From Candidatus Entotheonellaceae bacterium (GTDB taxonomy: Bacteria; Tectomicrobia; Entotheonellia; Entotheonellales; Entotheonellaceae), in contig OZ250173.1 in assembly GCA_965238075.1 (NCBI GenBank), positions 1,568,001 through 1,632,000 on the forward strand: a DNA stretch of 64,000 bases, in the 5' to 3' direction. Below are positions 47,971 to 57,404 of the stretch, one piece after another. The position numbers and the translations under genes were made by a program. Within the stretch, counting starts at the first letter, position 1, and the number at the start of each line of letters is the position of its first letter. The notes under the pieces are model-generated. The model was not told the origin of the DNA. It did no database searches and saw nothing but the letters and a program-made list of their open reading frames with translations.

Positions 47971-49452
47971 ATGCTAAACACGACCCCGTTGCCCCGCCGG
48001 GCCAGTACCCTTGCCGCCGGGGTATTTGCTGCGCTGTTGCTCACCTGCACCGTGTGTCTGGAACCGCTGGCGGCAGCACAGCTTTGGAAGGAGGGCAGCG
48101 GCGTTGAGTTTGAGCAGCCGCAGGTGCCGTCCTTCACCGAGGCGGCCAAAGCCCTGAAACCCGCCGTCGTCAACATCAGCAGCCGCAGAACCGCCGCTCC
48201 CGCCGAACGACACTCACGACGCAGAAGGCCGTTTCCCTTCGGCGGCGAGGACCCCTTCCAGGAATTCTTCGACCGCTTCTTCGGCGAACAGCGCCGTCCA
48301 CGCCATCGCCCCAGCCTGGGCACTGGCTTCATTATCAACACCAACGGCTACATCGTGACCAATAACCACGTGGTGGAAGAAGCGGGCGAAATCACCGTGA
48401 CGCTGGCCTCGAAGGAGGAATTCGAGGCGACCCTGATCGGGCGCGACCCCAAGACGGACCTGGCACTCCTGCGCGTTGACAGCTCGCTGCCCCTGCCTAC
48501 CGTGCCGTTCGGTGATTCGGAAAACCTGGAGGTCGGCGAATGGGTGTTGGCCATCGGCAACCCCTTCGGCCTGGGCCACACTGTTACCGCGGGCATCGTC
48601 AGCGCCAAGGGCCGCACCATCGGCGCCGGGCCGTACGACGACTTCATCCAGACCGACGCCTCGATCAACCCGGGCAACAGCGGTGGCCCGCTCTTCAACA
48701 TGCGCGGCGAGGTCATCGGCATTAACACGGCCATCATGCGCAGCGGCCAGGGCATCGGCTTTGCCATCCCGATCAACATGGCCAAGAACGTCCTCAGCCA
48801 ACTGTACGACAAGGGCAACGTGACGCGCGGCTGGCTGGGCGTGGCCATTCAGAGCATCTCGCCTGAAATGCTTAATGCTTTCAAGCTCGACGACGCCAGC
48901 GGCGCTCTGGTGTCCGGCATCGTCAGCGATGCGCCGGCAGACAACGCCGGCCTGCAGCAGGGTGACGTGATCGTCGGCTTTCACGGCAGCGAGGTGGAGG
49001 ATTCCAGCACCTTGCCGGGTCTGGTAGCCGTTGTGGCGCCGGGCACCACCGTGGACGTGGAGATCATCCGCGACGGCCAGCGAATGACCATCCCGGTCAC
49101 GCTCGGTGAACTCGAGGAAGACGAGGCCGCGCGGATCGCCAGCCTGGAGCCGTCGGGCGTGGAAGAGTTGCTGGGTATACAGGTCAAGGCGATTACCGAG
49201 GATATGGCCCGCGAGCTACGGACCGATGACGACCGCGGTGTTGTGGTGACGGACGTTGCCGACGAAAGCCCCGCCGCCAACGCCGGCATTCAGCCGGGCG
49301 ACATCGTCCGCGAAGTGAATCGGCAAACGGTTGAGGACTTGGACGCCTATGAGGCGGCCACCGCCCAGATCGAGGGCGGCGAACCCGTGCTGCTGCTCCT
49401 CGAACGCCGCGGCAACCATCTCTACGTGGCGCTCAGGCCCGAAAGGAATTAA
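47971..49452 (+). CDS. degP: Do/DegP/HtrA serine protease with two PDZ domains
   Basis: TNNHVV, DLALL, QTDASINPGNSGGPL, RGWLGV. Confidence 0.93.
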   Translation: MLNTTPLPRRASTLAAGVFAALLLTCTVCLEPLAAAQLWKEGSGVEFEQPQVPSFTEAAKALKPAVVNISSRRTAAPAERHSRRRRPFPFGGEDPFQEFFDRFFGEQRRPRHRPSLGTGFIINTNGYIVTNNHVVEEAGEITVTLASKEEFEATLIGRDPKTDLALLRVDSSLPLPTVPFGDSENLEVGEWVLAIGNPFGLGHTVTAGIVSAKGRTIGAGPYDDFIQTDASINPGNSGGPLFNMRGEVIGINTAIMRSGQGIGFAIPINMAKNVLSQLYDKGNVTRGWLGVAIQSISPEMLNAFKLDDASGALVSGIVSDAPADNAGLQQGDVIVGFHGSEVEDSSTLPGLVAVVAPGTTVDVEIIRDGQRMTIPVTLGELEEDEAARIASLEPSGVEELLGIQVKAITEDMARELRTDDDRGVVVTDVADESPAANAGIQPGDIVREVNRQTVEDLDAYEAATAQIEGGEPVLLLLERRGNHLYVALRPERN

Positions 49453-49505
49453 GGTGGGGCAACACGCTGCATTGCAATCCCGGTTGGTAAGGAGGACACC
49501 CATTG

Positions 49506-50051
49506 ATGACAAGGTCTATGCAAGTCGTGTTCGCCGTCACCCTCGGGCTGTTGGTAGCGTCGGTGACGTGGGCGGCGGACGCCAGCCCATCGATGTTGGG
49601 GAATGCCTGCGCGCCCTGCCACGGCACGGACGGCATGAGCCCCGGCGCCATCCCGGCACTGTCCGGCAAATCAGCCGACTACATCGTCCAACGCATGCTC
49701 GAATTCAAAGCCGGCGCCCGTGAAGGCACGGTGATGAACCGTATCGCCAAGGGCTACAGCGATACCGAAATCGCCGCCGTGGCGCAGCACTTTGCCGCTC
49801 TGGGGAAGACTGCCGCGGCCGGCGGGGCGACGCCGTCGGCGCTGGCCGACGCCTGCGCTGCCTGTCACGGTACGGACGGCATGAGCCCCGGCGCCATCCC
49901 GGCACTGTCCGGCAAATCGGCTGCCTACATCACGCAACGCATGCTCGAATTCAAAGCCGGCGCCCGCGAAGGCACGGTGATGAACCGCATCGCCAGAGGC
50001 TATGACGACGACGAAATCGCCGCCATCGCGCAACACTTGGGGACTCCATAG
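49506..50051 (+). CDS. fccA: Diheme cytochrome c subunit of flavocytochrome c
   Basis: Signal peptide, two CxxCH motifs each followed by a TVMNRIA.GY Met-ligand motif; adjacent to fccB. Confidence 0.85.
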   Translation: MTRSMQVVFAVTLGLLVASVTWAADASPSMLGNACAPCHGTDGMSPGAIPALSGKSADYIVQRMLEFKAGAREGTVMNRIAKGYSDTEIAAVAQHFAALGKTAAAGGATPSALADACAACHGTDGMSPGAIPALSGKSAAYITQRMLEFKAGAREGTVMNRIARGYDDDEIAAIAQHLGTP

Positions 50052-50063
50052 GAGAGGGAACCG

Positions 50064-51353
50064 ATGACGTCCGTTACACGTAGACGTTTCATCCAGTTGA
50101 TCGGGAGTGCCGGCGCTTTCTCGACGGCAGGCGTTGCGGGGTTTCCGGCCCTCAGCCGGGCGGCCACGGGCCGGGTCGTGGTGATCGGCGGCGGCTTTGG
50201 CGGCGCCACCTGCGCGAAATACCTGCGGCGCGCCGATCCGGGCATCGAGGTGACCCTCGTCGAGCGCAACCCGCGTTTCATGACCTGCCCGTTCAGCAAT
50301 ACGGTTCTGGGCGGTCTGAATGACATGGACTTCATCACCCACTCCTACGACCAGTTGAGCAGCCGTCACGGGGTGACAGTCATCCACGATACCGCGAGCG
50401 GTATCGACCCGGCACAACGCAAGGTGTCGCTGCAGAACGGTATCGACCTGTCATACGACCGTCTGGTGGTGTCGCCGGGCATCCAGTTGTTGTGGGGCGC
50501 CCTGGAAGGGTACGACGAGCAGGCGTCGCAAGCCATGCCGCACGCCTGGCAGGCGGGACCGCAGACCACCCTGCTGCGCCAGCAGCTCGAAGCCATGCCC
50601 GACGGCGGCACCGTGGTCATTGCGCCGCCGGCCAATCCGTTCCGCTGCCCGCCCGGCCCCTATGAGCGCGCCAGCCTGATCGCCTTCTACCTCAAAACGC
50701 ACAAGCCGAAATCGAAAATCATCATCCTCGACGCCAAGGAAAAGTTCTCCAAGCAACCCTTGTTCATGGAAGGCTGGGCGCAGCGTTATCCCGGCATGAT
50801 CGAATGGCACCCCGGCTCGGCCGGCGGCAGTATTGTGCAGGTCGACGCCGCCAAGATGATCCTGGAAACGGACTTCGGCCAAGTACGGGGCGACGTCGTC
50901 AACGTCATTCCGCCGCAATCAGCGGGCCGCATCGCCGTGCAGGCCGGTCTGACCAATGACGCCGGCTGGTGCCCGGTGGACCAAGGCACCTTCGAGTCTG
51001 CCATTCATCCGGGCATTCACGTCATCGGCGACGCCTGCATAGCCGGCAAGATGCCGAAATCCGGCTACAGCGCCAACAGCCAGGCCAAGGCGTGCGCCGC
51101 AGCCGTAGCAGCCATGCTGCGCGGCGAATCGCCCGGCACCGTGTCGTTCATCAACACCTGCTACAGCCTGGTGGCGCCCGACTACGGCATCTCGGTCGCG
51201 GCCGTCTACCGCCTTGCCGACGACGGCACCATCAAGGGCGTTGAAGGCGCCGGCGGCGTCAGCCCCAAGGGCGCCTCGGCCGATTTCCGCAAGCGGGAGG
51301 CCGAGTACACCGTCGGCTGGTACAAGAGCATCACCTCCGACATCTTCGGTTGA
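50064..51353 (+). CDS. fccB: Flavocytochrome c sulfide dehydrogenase flavoprotein (FccB/SoxF)
   Basis: Tat signal [48 protein letters not shown]. Confidence 0.93.
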   Translation: MTSVTRRRFIQLIGSAGAFSTAGVAGFPALSRAATGRVVVIGGGFGGATCAKYLRRADPGIEVTLVERNPRFMTCPFSNTVLGGLNDMDFITHSYDQLSSRHGVTVIHDTASGIDPAQRKVSLQNGIDLSYDRLVVSPGIQLLWGALEGYDEQASQAMPHAWQAGPQTTLLRQQLEAMPDGGTVVIAPPANPFRCPPGPYERASLIAFYLKTHKPKSKIIILDAKEKFSKQPLFMEGWAQRYPGMIEWHPGSAGGSIVQVDAAKMILETDFGQVRGDVVNVIPPQSAGRIAVQAGLTNDAGWCPVDQGTFESAIHPGIHVIGDACIAGKMPKSGYSANSQAKACAAAVAAMLRGESPGTVSFINTCYSLVAPDYGISVAAVYRLADDGTIKGVEGAGGVSPKGASADFRKREAEYTVGWYKSITSDIFG

Positions 51354-51366
51354 TCACCCTCTCCAG

Positions 51367-51389
51367 AGTGGCTAGTGGCTAGTGGCTAG
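51367..51389 (+). repeat. Heptamer tandem repeat (AGTGGCT)x3
   Basis: Directly visible downstream of fccB. Confidence 0.8.
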
Positions 51390-51509
51390 CGATCAGTGTG
51401 AGACATTGACACCTTCATATTTGCTAAAGTCGATATGCGGTCATTAGACCGCAGCACGATCGCAATACGATAAGAGCTACTCCGCCGTTCCCCAGCAGAG
51501 GAGACTGTC

Positions 51510-52505
51510 ATGCTTCGCTTCGCCGTCCTCGCTCTGGCCTTCCTGATCACCCCTTCCTTTGCCATTGGCGCGTGTGACGGCAAGGACCACCGCGACACGC
51601 TTCCACCCGAAAGCATGATGGATATCCGCGCCGGCATCGCAGATGTTCCCTTCCGCGAAGGGATCGCCTTCGAGGCCGTGCGCGGCGACAAGCGTCTGAC
51701 GCTGTTCGGCACGATCCATACGTCCGATCCAGCTGTTTTCATTCCCGACGAGATCGCCTCACGCACCCGCACGGCTGATCTCGTCCTTGTAGAAGTGACG
51801 GAAGAGGCGGAGACGGAGATGCAGCGGCATCTGGTCGAGAATCCGTCAATGATGCTCTATCTTGACGGGCCCGGCCTGAGAACCCGCCTGACGGAGGAGG
51901 AGTGGGAAACGCTGAGTGGATCACTTTCCGAGCTTGGCATATCGCCTGAGTCGGCAGACAGAATGCGCGCAGGGTTCGTAGCCATGATGCTTGAGATACC
52001 ACCATGCGAGATGATCGCTCGGGCCTCGGGCGGCATGTCACTCGACATGCGTGTCGAGATGCTAGCCCGCGACGTCGGCGTCCCGGTCGAAGCCTTGGAT
52101 GAAAGCTTCGAGACGACTCTCGCCTTTTTCCTGGAGCCGCCGGAAGAGAAGCAACTCGATCTATTGCGAATGTCCCTTGCGGTGGGCGCTGCCGACAATG
52201 ATGTAGTCGCGACAGCCATCGGCACGTGGAGAGACGAGGAGCCCCTCGTGCTGTGGGAAATCGCCCGACAACACGCCGCTACCATGATTGAGGATGAGGA
52301 GGCGGTGGCAGCACTGTTTCGCGAGGCACACGATTCTCTCATTGTAAGACGCAATCGTGGATGGCTGGCAAGAATTCTGAACCGGCTCCACGGGGCGCAG
52401 AATATTGTCATCGCCGTCGGCGGGATGCATCTGCCGGGCGATCAAGGACTCGTGCGCATGCTGGAGGCTGAGGGATTCGTGATCCGCCGTTTAATCGTAT
52501 TCTGA
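51510..52505 (+). CDS. TraB/GumN (Tiki-like) family secreted protein
   Basis: Signal peptide, LFGTIH, ES...L, L..RRN..W, IAVG.MHLPG..GLV.ML...G. Confidence 0.85.
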   Translation: MLRFAVLALAFLITPSFAIGACDGKDHRDTLPPESMMDIRAGIADVPFREGIAFEAVRGDKRLTLFGTIHTSDPAVFIPDEIASRTRTADLVLVEVTEEAETEMQRHLVENPSMMLYLDGPGLRTRLTEEEWETLSGSLSELGISPESADRMRAGFVAMMLEIPPCEMIARASGGMSLDMRVEMLARDVGVPVEALDESFETTLAFFLEPPEEKQLDLLRMSLAVGAADNDVVATAIGTWRDEEPLVLWEIARQHAATMIEDEEAVAALFREAHDSLIVRRNRGWLARILNRLHGAQNIVIAVGGMHLPGDQGLVRMLEAEGFVIRRLIVF

Positions 52506-52753
52506 TTTATAGGCCTACATAATGGCGTCACGCTTGATGCCTTCAGACCTTGAAACCTGATCGACGACACCATCGTCAAGCTCTTCAACGGTCCATTCTG
52601 GGCCGAATACCTGAATTCTTGGTATCAAACGGGATTCACTTTAGTGCCCTGAGTCAGAAGCTCATGTACAAAATGGTTACAGGCGCGGGCGGCATTTCAT
52701 CGGCCATTTCGGGGTGTCAAACAGAACCCATGCCGCCAAGGGGTTTCGCCTTT

Positions 52754-52778
52754 GTAGGGGCGGGTTTCAAACCCGCCC
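52754..52778 (+). repeat. GTAG-type REP
   Basis: GTAGGGGCGGGTTT-c-AAACCCGCCC. Confidence 0.7.
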
Positions 52779-52924
52779 GCCTGTCATCCGTATGGTTTGT
52801 ATCCGGCAAGCTCTGTAAGCCGGGTTAGCCGGAGGCGCAACCCGATATTCCGACGACGTTCCCCGCCCTTCGGCTGATCACTCTCCAGGCAGTGGTTAGT
52901 GATGAGACCCTGTTGTCTGACCAC

Positions 52925-54172
52925 TAGTACCTGGCCCCTGTTGAATTGACTGGTTGGTGTGTTCTCTCCCGCAGCTGTTGGCAACGGACAAGGAGGGTTC
53001 ACCATGTCGGCAAAGAAATACCGGGTTCGCTTGCCCTCGGAGGAACAAATGGAACTGAAGGCGCTGGCATCCAAGGGACGGACGGCGGCGTACAGGCAGA
53101 GCCATGCGCGCATTCTACTGGCGTGCGACGAGGCGCAGGAAGGCGGGTCGTCGACGGACGAGGAGATCGCATCGGTGCTCAAGGTGGGGGTGTCCACGGT
53201 GACGCGGGTGCGACGACGCTGCGTGGAGGAAGGGCTGAGAGCGGCGCTGGGCCGCAAGAAGCAGGCGCGACGGCGACAGAGGCTCCTGGACGGCGAGGCG
53301 GAAGCGCATCTGGTAGCCCTCGCCTGCGGCAAACCGCCGCAGGGCCAGGCGAAGTGGACGATCAAGCTGCTGGCGCAACGCTTGGTGGAATGCGAGATCG
53401 TCGAGACCGTCGGGCTGGAGACGGTGCGGCGGGCGCTGAAAAAGCTTGTCCTCGTGTAAACGGGGAACGCTCTCAAGCCCTGGTTGGAGGCTTGTTGGTG
53501 TATCCCGCCGGAGGCGAATGCGGACTTCGTGTGCGCCTTGGAGGACGTGCTGGAAGTCTACCAACGCGACCGTGAGGGGAAGACGAGGTGCTGGTGTGCA
53601 TGGACGAGACGAGCCGACAGCAGCTTAGGGAGAGTCGCACGTCGCGTCCCGTGCAGCCGGGGCGCCGGCCATTTACGACTAGGACTGCGAGCGGTGCGGC
53701 GTGAGCAACCTGTTCATGCTGTTCGCGCCCCTGGAGGGGTGGCGGCGCGTCGAGGTGACGGAGCGACGGACGAAGGTCAACTGGGCGGAGTTCATCAAGA
53801 GCCTGGTGGACGAGGACTACCCAGACAAGCGCGTCGTGCTGGTGATGGACAACCTGAACACGCACGCCCCCGGCTCCCTGTACGAGGTGTTCGAGCCAGC
53901 CGAGGCGCGGCGGATTGCCGAGCGCCTGGAGATTCACGACACACCCAAGCACGGTAGCTGGCTAAACATGGCGGAGGTCGAGATCGGCGTCATGGTGCGG
54001 CAGTGCTTGGACCGGCACATCCCGGACCGCGACTTTCTGCGCAACGAGGTCAAAGCATGGCAGAATTGCCGAAACCGGGAAGCGGTGGCGGTGGACTGGC
54101 GTTTCACCACCGACGATGCGCGGATCAAGTTGAAGTCGTTGTGCCCGTCAATTCAAAGTGGGTAGAGTACTA
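52925..54172 (+). mobile_element. IS630-family insertion sequence (inactivated)
   Basis: Imperfect terminal IRs TAgtacctggcccctgttgaattgac / gtcaattcaaagtgggtagagtacTA with flanking TA. Confidence 0.9.
53004..54165 (+). pseudogene. IS630 transposase with frameshifts and an in-frame stop
   Basis: HTH part 53004-53459 (KKY.V.L, P.G.A.WT..LLA); DDE fragments MDE, VMDNLNTH, TPKHGSWLNMAE.E in broken frames. Confidence 0.9.
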
Positions 54173-54243
54173 GGAGCTGAAGCCCGCCTGAGGGAGACGT
54201 TGCAGGCCCTTCTCGCGAGAAATCACGGTTGAGGGGCGACGAG

Positions 54244-54274
54244 CCGGCGGCGGCGATTTACCGCCGCCGGTTTT
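54244..54274 (+). terminator. GC-rich hairpin with T tract
   Basis: ccggcggcgg-cgattta-ccgccgccgg-tttt. Confidence 0.55.
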
Positions 54275-54344
54275 GCGTTCGTAAAGGGGGCACTCGGCAA
54301 TTTGTCGGAGGCGACCGAGAACCAAATTGGGTAACCCAACGTTA

Positions 54345-55199
54345 TCAGGTCTTCTCTTCGCCGAAGAAGGCCAGCAACTGCTCGACAACCCATTCCGGAC
54401 GCTCTTCCGGGATCCAGTGGCCGCAATCCTCGACGACGCCACCGCGGACATCTTCGGCGATGCGGCGCCATGACTCGATCGCCAACGCGCCGCGCCCACG
54501 CCCGAGCGCGCCCCCATAGCAGAGTACCGGCATTTTCAGCCGGCCTTCCGACAGGAACGCCTGGTTGTCGGTAACGTCCTGCGGCGCCGCGCGATAAAGG
54601 TTGAAACCGGCCCGCATCGCGCCCGGTTGCCGATAGGCGCGCAGATATTCGCGTTCCGCTTCGGCCGAGATGGAATTGGGGCGGCCGCCCCAATTCCGGT
54701 AGAAAAAACCGAGATAAACGGCCTCGCGACCTGCCGTCAGAGCCTCCGGAAAATCCAGTTCCCAGTGCAGGCCGTGATGCCAGCGGCTGGCAAACATCAC
54801 GGGGGTGCCGTCGCCCGGCACGGGAACGTCGAATATCGCCAGGCGCTTGACGGCGTCACGGTGCTGCGCCGCGATGGCGAACGCCGTCGGCCCGCCCCAA
54901 TCGTGGCCCACGACGAACAGTTCGTCCTCCCCGAGAACGTCATGAACCAGACGCCAGACATCCTGCGCGAGTGTCTTCTTGTCGTAGCCCCCCACGGGAC
55001 GCGAGGAGTCGCCCAGGCCACGCAAGTCCGGGGCAATGACGCGATGGCGCCCGGCAAGCCCGGGAATCACGTCGCGCCACATGTACCAGGTCTGCGGCCA
55101 GCCATGCAGCAGGACCGCCGCGGGCCCGCGGCCTGCCGTCACGTAATGGAGTCGCACATCGCCCAGGTCGGCATAAGCATGTTGAAACGTCTCGGCCAC
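54345..55199 (-). CDS. Alpha/beta hydrolase (epoxide hydrolase/dehalogenase family)
   Basis: LLHGWPQ, APDLRGLGDS, GHDWGG nucleophile Asp, CGHWIPEE. Confidence 0.9.
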   Translation of the reverse strand: MAETFQHAYADLGDVRLHYVTAGRGPAAVLLHGWPQTWYMWRDVIPGLAGRHRVIAPDLRGLGDSSRPVGGYDKKTLAQDVWRLVHDVLGEDELFVVGHDWGGPTAFAIAAQHRDAVKRLAIFDVPVPGDGTPVMFASRWHHGLHWELDFPEALTAGREAVYLGFFYRNWGGRPNSISAEAEREYLRAYRQPGAMRAGFNLYRAAPQDVTDNQAFLSEGRLKMPVLCYGGALGRGRGALAIESWRRIAEDVRGGVVEDCGHWIPEERPEWVVEQLLAFFGEEKT

Positions 55200-55250
55200 T
55201 GATCACCCTCACGGATTGAGACAAGGAGCGACAGAATCGTGTGGCATGGC

Positions 55251-56267
55251 TCAGCCATTGAGCGCGGCAGAACGCACGGGGAGCTGGGCGCGCACGTCGC
55301 CGTTCACCACCGACATCGGCCACTGGCCGCCCAACAGGCGCGCCGTCTCCTGACCCACCTGCACCTGCACCGCCACCCGAGAGTTATCCGACGTACCCGC
55401 CGAATGCGGCGTCACCGTCACGTTGTCGAAGCGCAGCAGCGGGTTGTCGCCGGGCGTCGGCTCCACCTCGAACACGTCGATGCCGGCACCGGCAATCTCA
55501 CCGTCTTCCAGCGCCTTGATCAGCGCCGCCTCGTCCACGGTCGGCCCGCGGCAGGTGTTGATGAAATACGCCGTCGGCTTCATGGCCTTGAAAAACGCCG
55601 TGCTCACCAGCTTGCGGGTCTCGTCGTTCAGCGGCGTGTGCATGGAAACGAAGTCCGAGCGCTGCGCCAACGCCTCCAGCGACGGCAGCAGCTCGACGCG
55701 GTATTCCTTGGCGATCCACGGCTGCACGTACGGGTCGTAGGCGATGACCTCCAGGCCGAACACCTTGGCCTTGCGCGCCGTTGCCCGCGCGATGTTGCCA
55801 AAGGCCACCAGACCGAGGGTCTGGCCGTCAACCGGCGCCATCGGCGTGATTTCCAGGCGCGTGCTGGCGTCCCACTGCCCCGCCTTCACCAGTCGGTCGA
55901 GATGGGTCAGCTTCTTGGCGCAAGCCAGCAACAGCATGAGGGTGTGATTGGACACCTCCTCGGTGCAAAACCCGGCGGAGTTGACCACCATGACGCCCTG
56001 CTCGGTGGCGGCGTTGTGGTCGATGTGGTTGAAGCCGTGGCCGAAGCTGACGATGGCCTGGGCGGCGTCGATTTCCTGGATGACCTCACGCGGCATCGGC
56101 ACGCCCTGGTCAATAATCACGTCGGCGCCCTTGATGGCTTCGATAGCCTCGCCGGGGCTGCTGCACACGTACGTCTCCAAGTCGTAATTCTGACCTTGCA
56201 ACTGCTGTTCGATGATCTCGGTGTTCGGCTCCGTCCGCGAAATCATGGCAATCCTTGGCCTTGGCAT
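55251..56267 (-). CDS. D-2-hydroxyacid dehydrogenase (CtBP-like)
   Basis: C.EEVS.H, LGLVAFGNIAR, YDPY, INTCRG, DVFEVEP, TPHSA. Confidence 0.9.
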   Translation of the reverse strand: MPRPRIAMISRTEPNTEIIEQQLQGQNYDLETYVCSSPGEAIEAIKGADVIIDQGVPMPREVIQEIDAAQAIVSFGHGFNHIDHNAATEQGVMVVNSAGFCTEEVSNHTLMLLLACAKKLTHLDRLVKAGQWDASTRLEITPMAPVDGQTLGLVAFGNIARATARKAKVFGLEVIAYDPYVQPWIAKEYRVELLPSLEALAQRSDFVSMHTPLNDETRKLVSTAFFKAMKPTAYFINTCRGPTVDEAALIKALEDGEIAGAGIDVFEVEPTPGDNPLLRFDNVTVTPHSAGTSDNSRVAVQVQVGQETARLLGGQWPMSVVNGDVRAQLPVRSAALNG

Positions 56268-56505
56268 AAAAGCGTCCTCCTGTGCTGGAAAAAGCAATGG
56301 TTAGTGACCGGTGATGAGACCCTGTTCTCTGACCACCAGTTTTTCGGTTTGGCGGAAGTCGGAAAAGGCCGCATTATACGGCAATTGCCCATGCCGTCAC
56401 GGGGCCGTTGTTGATCGTCCGGGGAGACGTCGGTAGAATGGCCGCGCCCACCGAGAGGGCCGGAATCGACTGGGAATCGTAACGCCAGGGAGCAACGACG
56501 CCGAT

Positions 56506-57396
56506 ATGACCGAAGACACACCGGAAGCGCAGTACCGCGAATACGCCATGGAAGCCTTCGTGGTGCGCAGCGAGCCGTATTACCGACCGGTTGCTGACGA
56601 GGTCGAATTGTTCACCGGAGCATACAACCAGCGCATCCCGGTGCTGCTAAAGGGTCCTACCGGCTGCGGCAAGACGCGGTTCGTGGAGTACATGGCGTGG
56701 AAGCTAGCTCGGCAACTGCACGTTGCACGCGACCAGGATCAGCCGCCGTCCGGCGACATGCAACTGCCCCTCGTCACCATCGCCTGCCACGAAGACCTGA
56801 CCGCCAGCGATCTCGTCGGGCGTTACCTGCTGGACGCCACCGGCACCCGCTGGATTGACGGCCCCATGACGCGCGCCGTCAAAACCGGTGCCATCCTCTA
56901 TCTCGACGAGGTGGTCGAGGCCCGCAAGGACACCACGGTTCTGATTCACCCCCTCACCGATCACCGGCGCCTCTTGCCCGTCGAAAAACGCGGCTCCGTC
57001 ATCGAAGCAGACGACCGCTTTCTGCTCTGCGTCTCCTACAACCCGCGCTATCAGAGCAGCCTCAAGGACCTCAAGCCCAGCACCCGGCAGCGCTTTATCG
57101 CCATCGAGTTCGACTACCCGCCGCCGCACATCGAGGCCGACATCATCCAGCGCGAAAGCGGCTGCAGCGCCGCCCAGGCCGAAACCCTGGCGCGGCTTGG
57201 CGTCAAGGTGCGCAACCTGCGCGAGCACGGCCTGCAGGAAGGCGCCAGCACCCGCTTGCTGATCTACGCCGCCCGCCTCATGACCGAGGGGCTATCCGCC
57301 CGCCGCGCCTGTCAGGTGTCCTTGGTGTGGAGCCTGACCGACGACGCCGAGTTGCAACAAAGCATCGCCGAAGTCGTCGGCGCCGTCGTCGAGTAG
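56506..57396 (+). CDS. CbbQ/NirQ/NorQ family AAA+ ATPase
   Basis: GPTGCGKTRFVE, CHEDLTASDLVGR, YLDEVVEARKDT, SYNP.YQ...KDLK.STRQRF, EGASTRLL. Confidence 0.93.
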   Translation: MTEDTPEAQYREYAMEAFVVRSEPYYRPVADEVELFTGAYNQRIPVLLKGPTGCGKTRFVEYMAWKLARQLHVARDQDQPPSGDMQLPLVTIACHEDLTASDLVGRYLLDATGTRWIDGPMTRAVKTGAILYLDEVVEARKDTTVLIHPLTDHRRLLPVEKRGSVIEADDRFLLCVSYNPRYQSSLKDLKPSTRQRFIAIEFDYPPPHIEADIIQRESGCSAAQAETLARLGVKVRNLREHGLQEGASTRLLIYAARLMTEGLSARRACQVSLVWSLTDDAELQQSIAEVVGAVVE

Positions 57397-57404
57397 GGGC
57401 CGCC

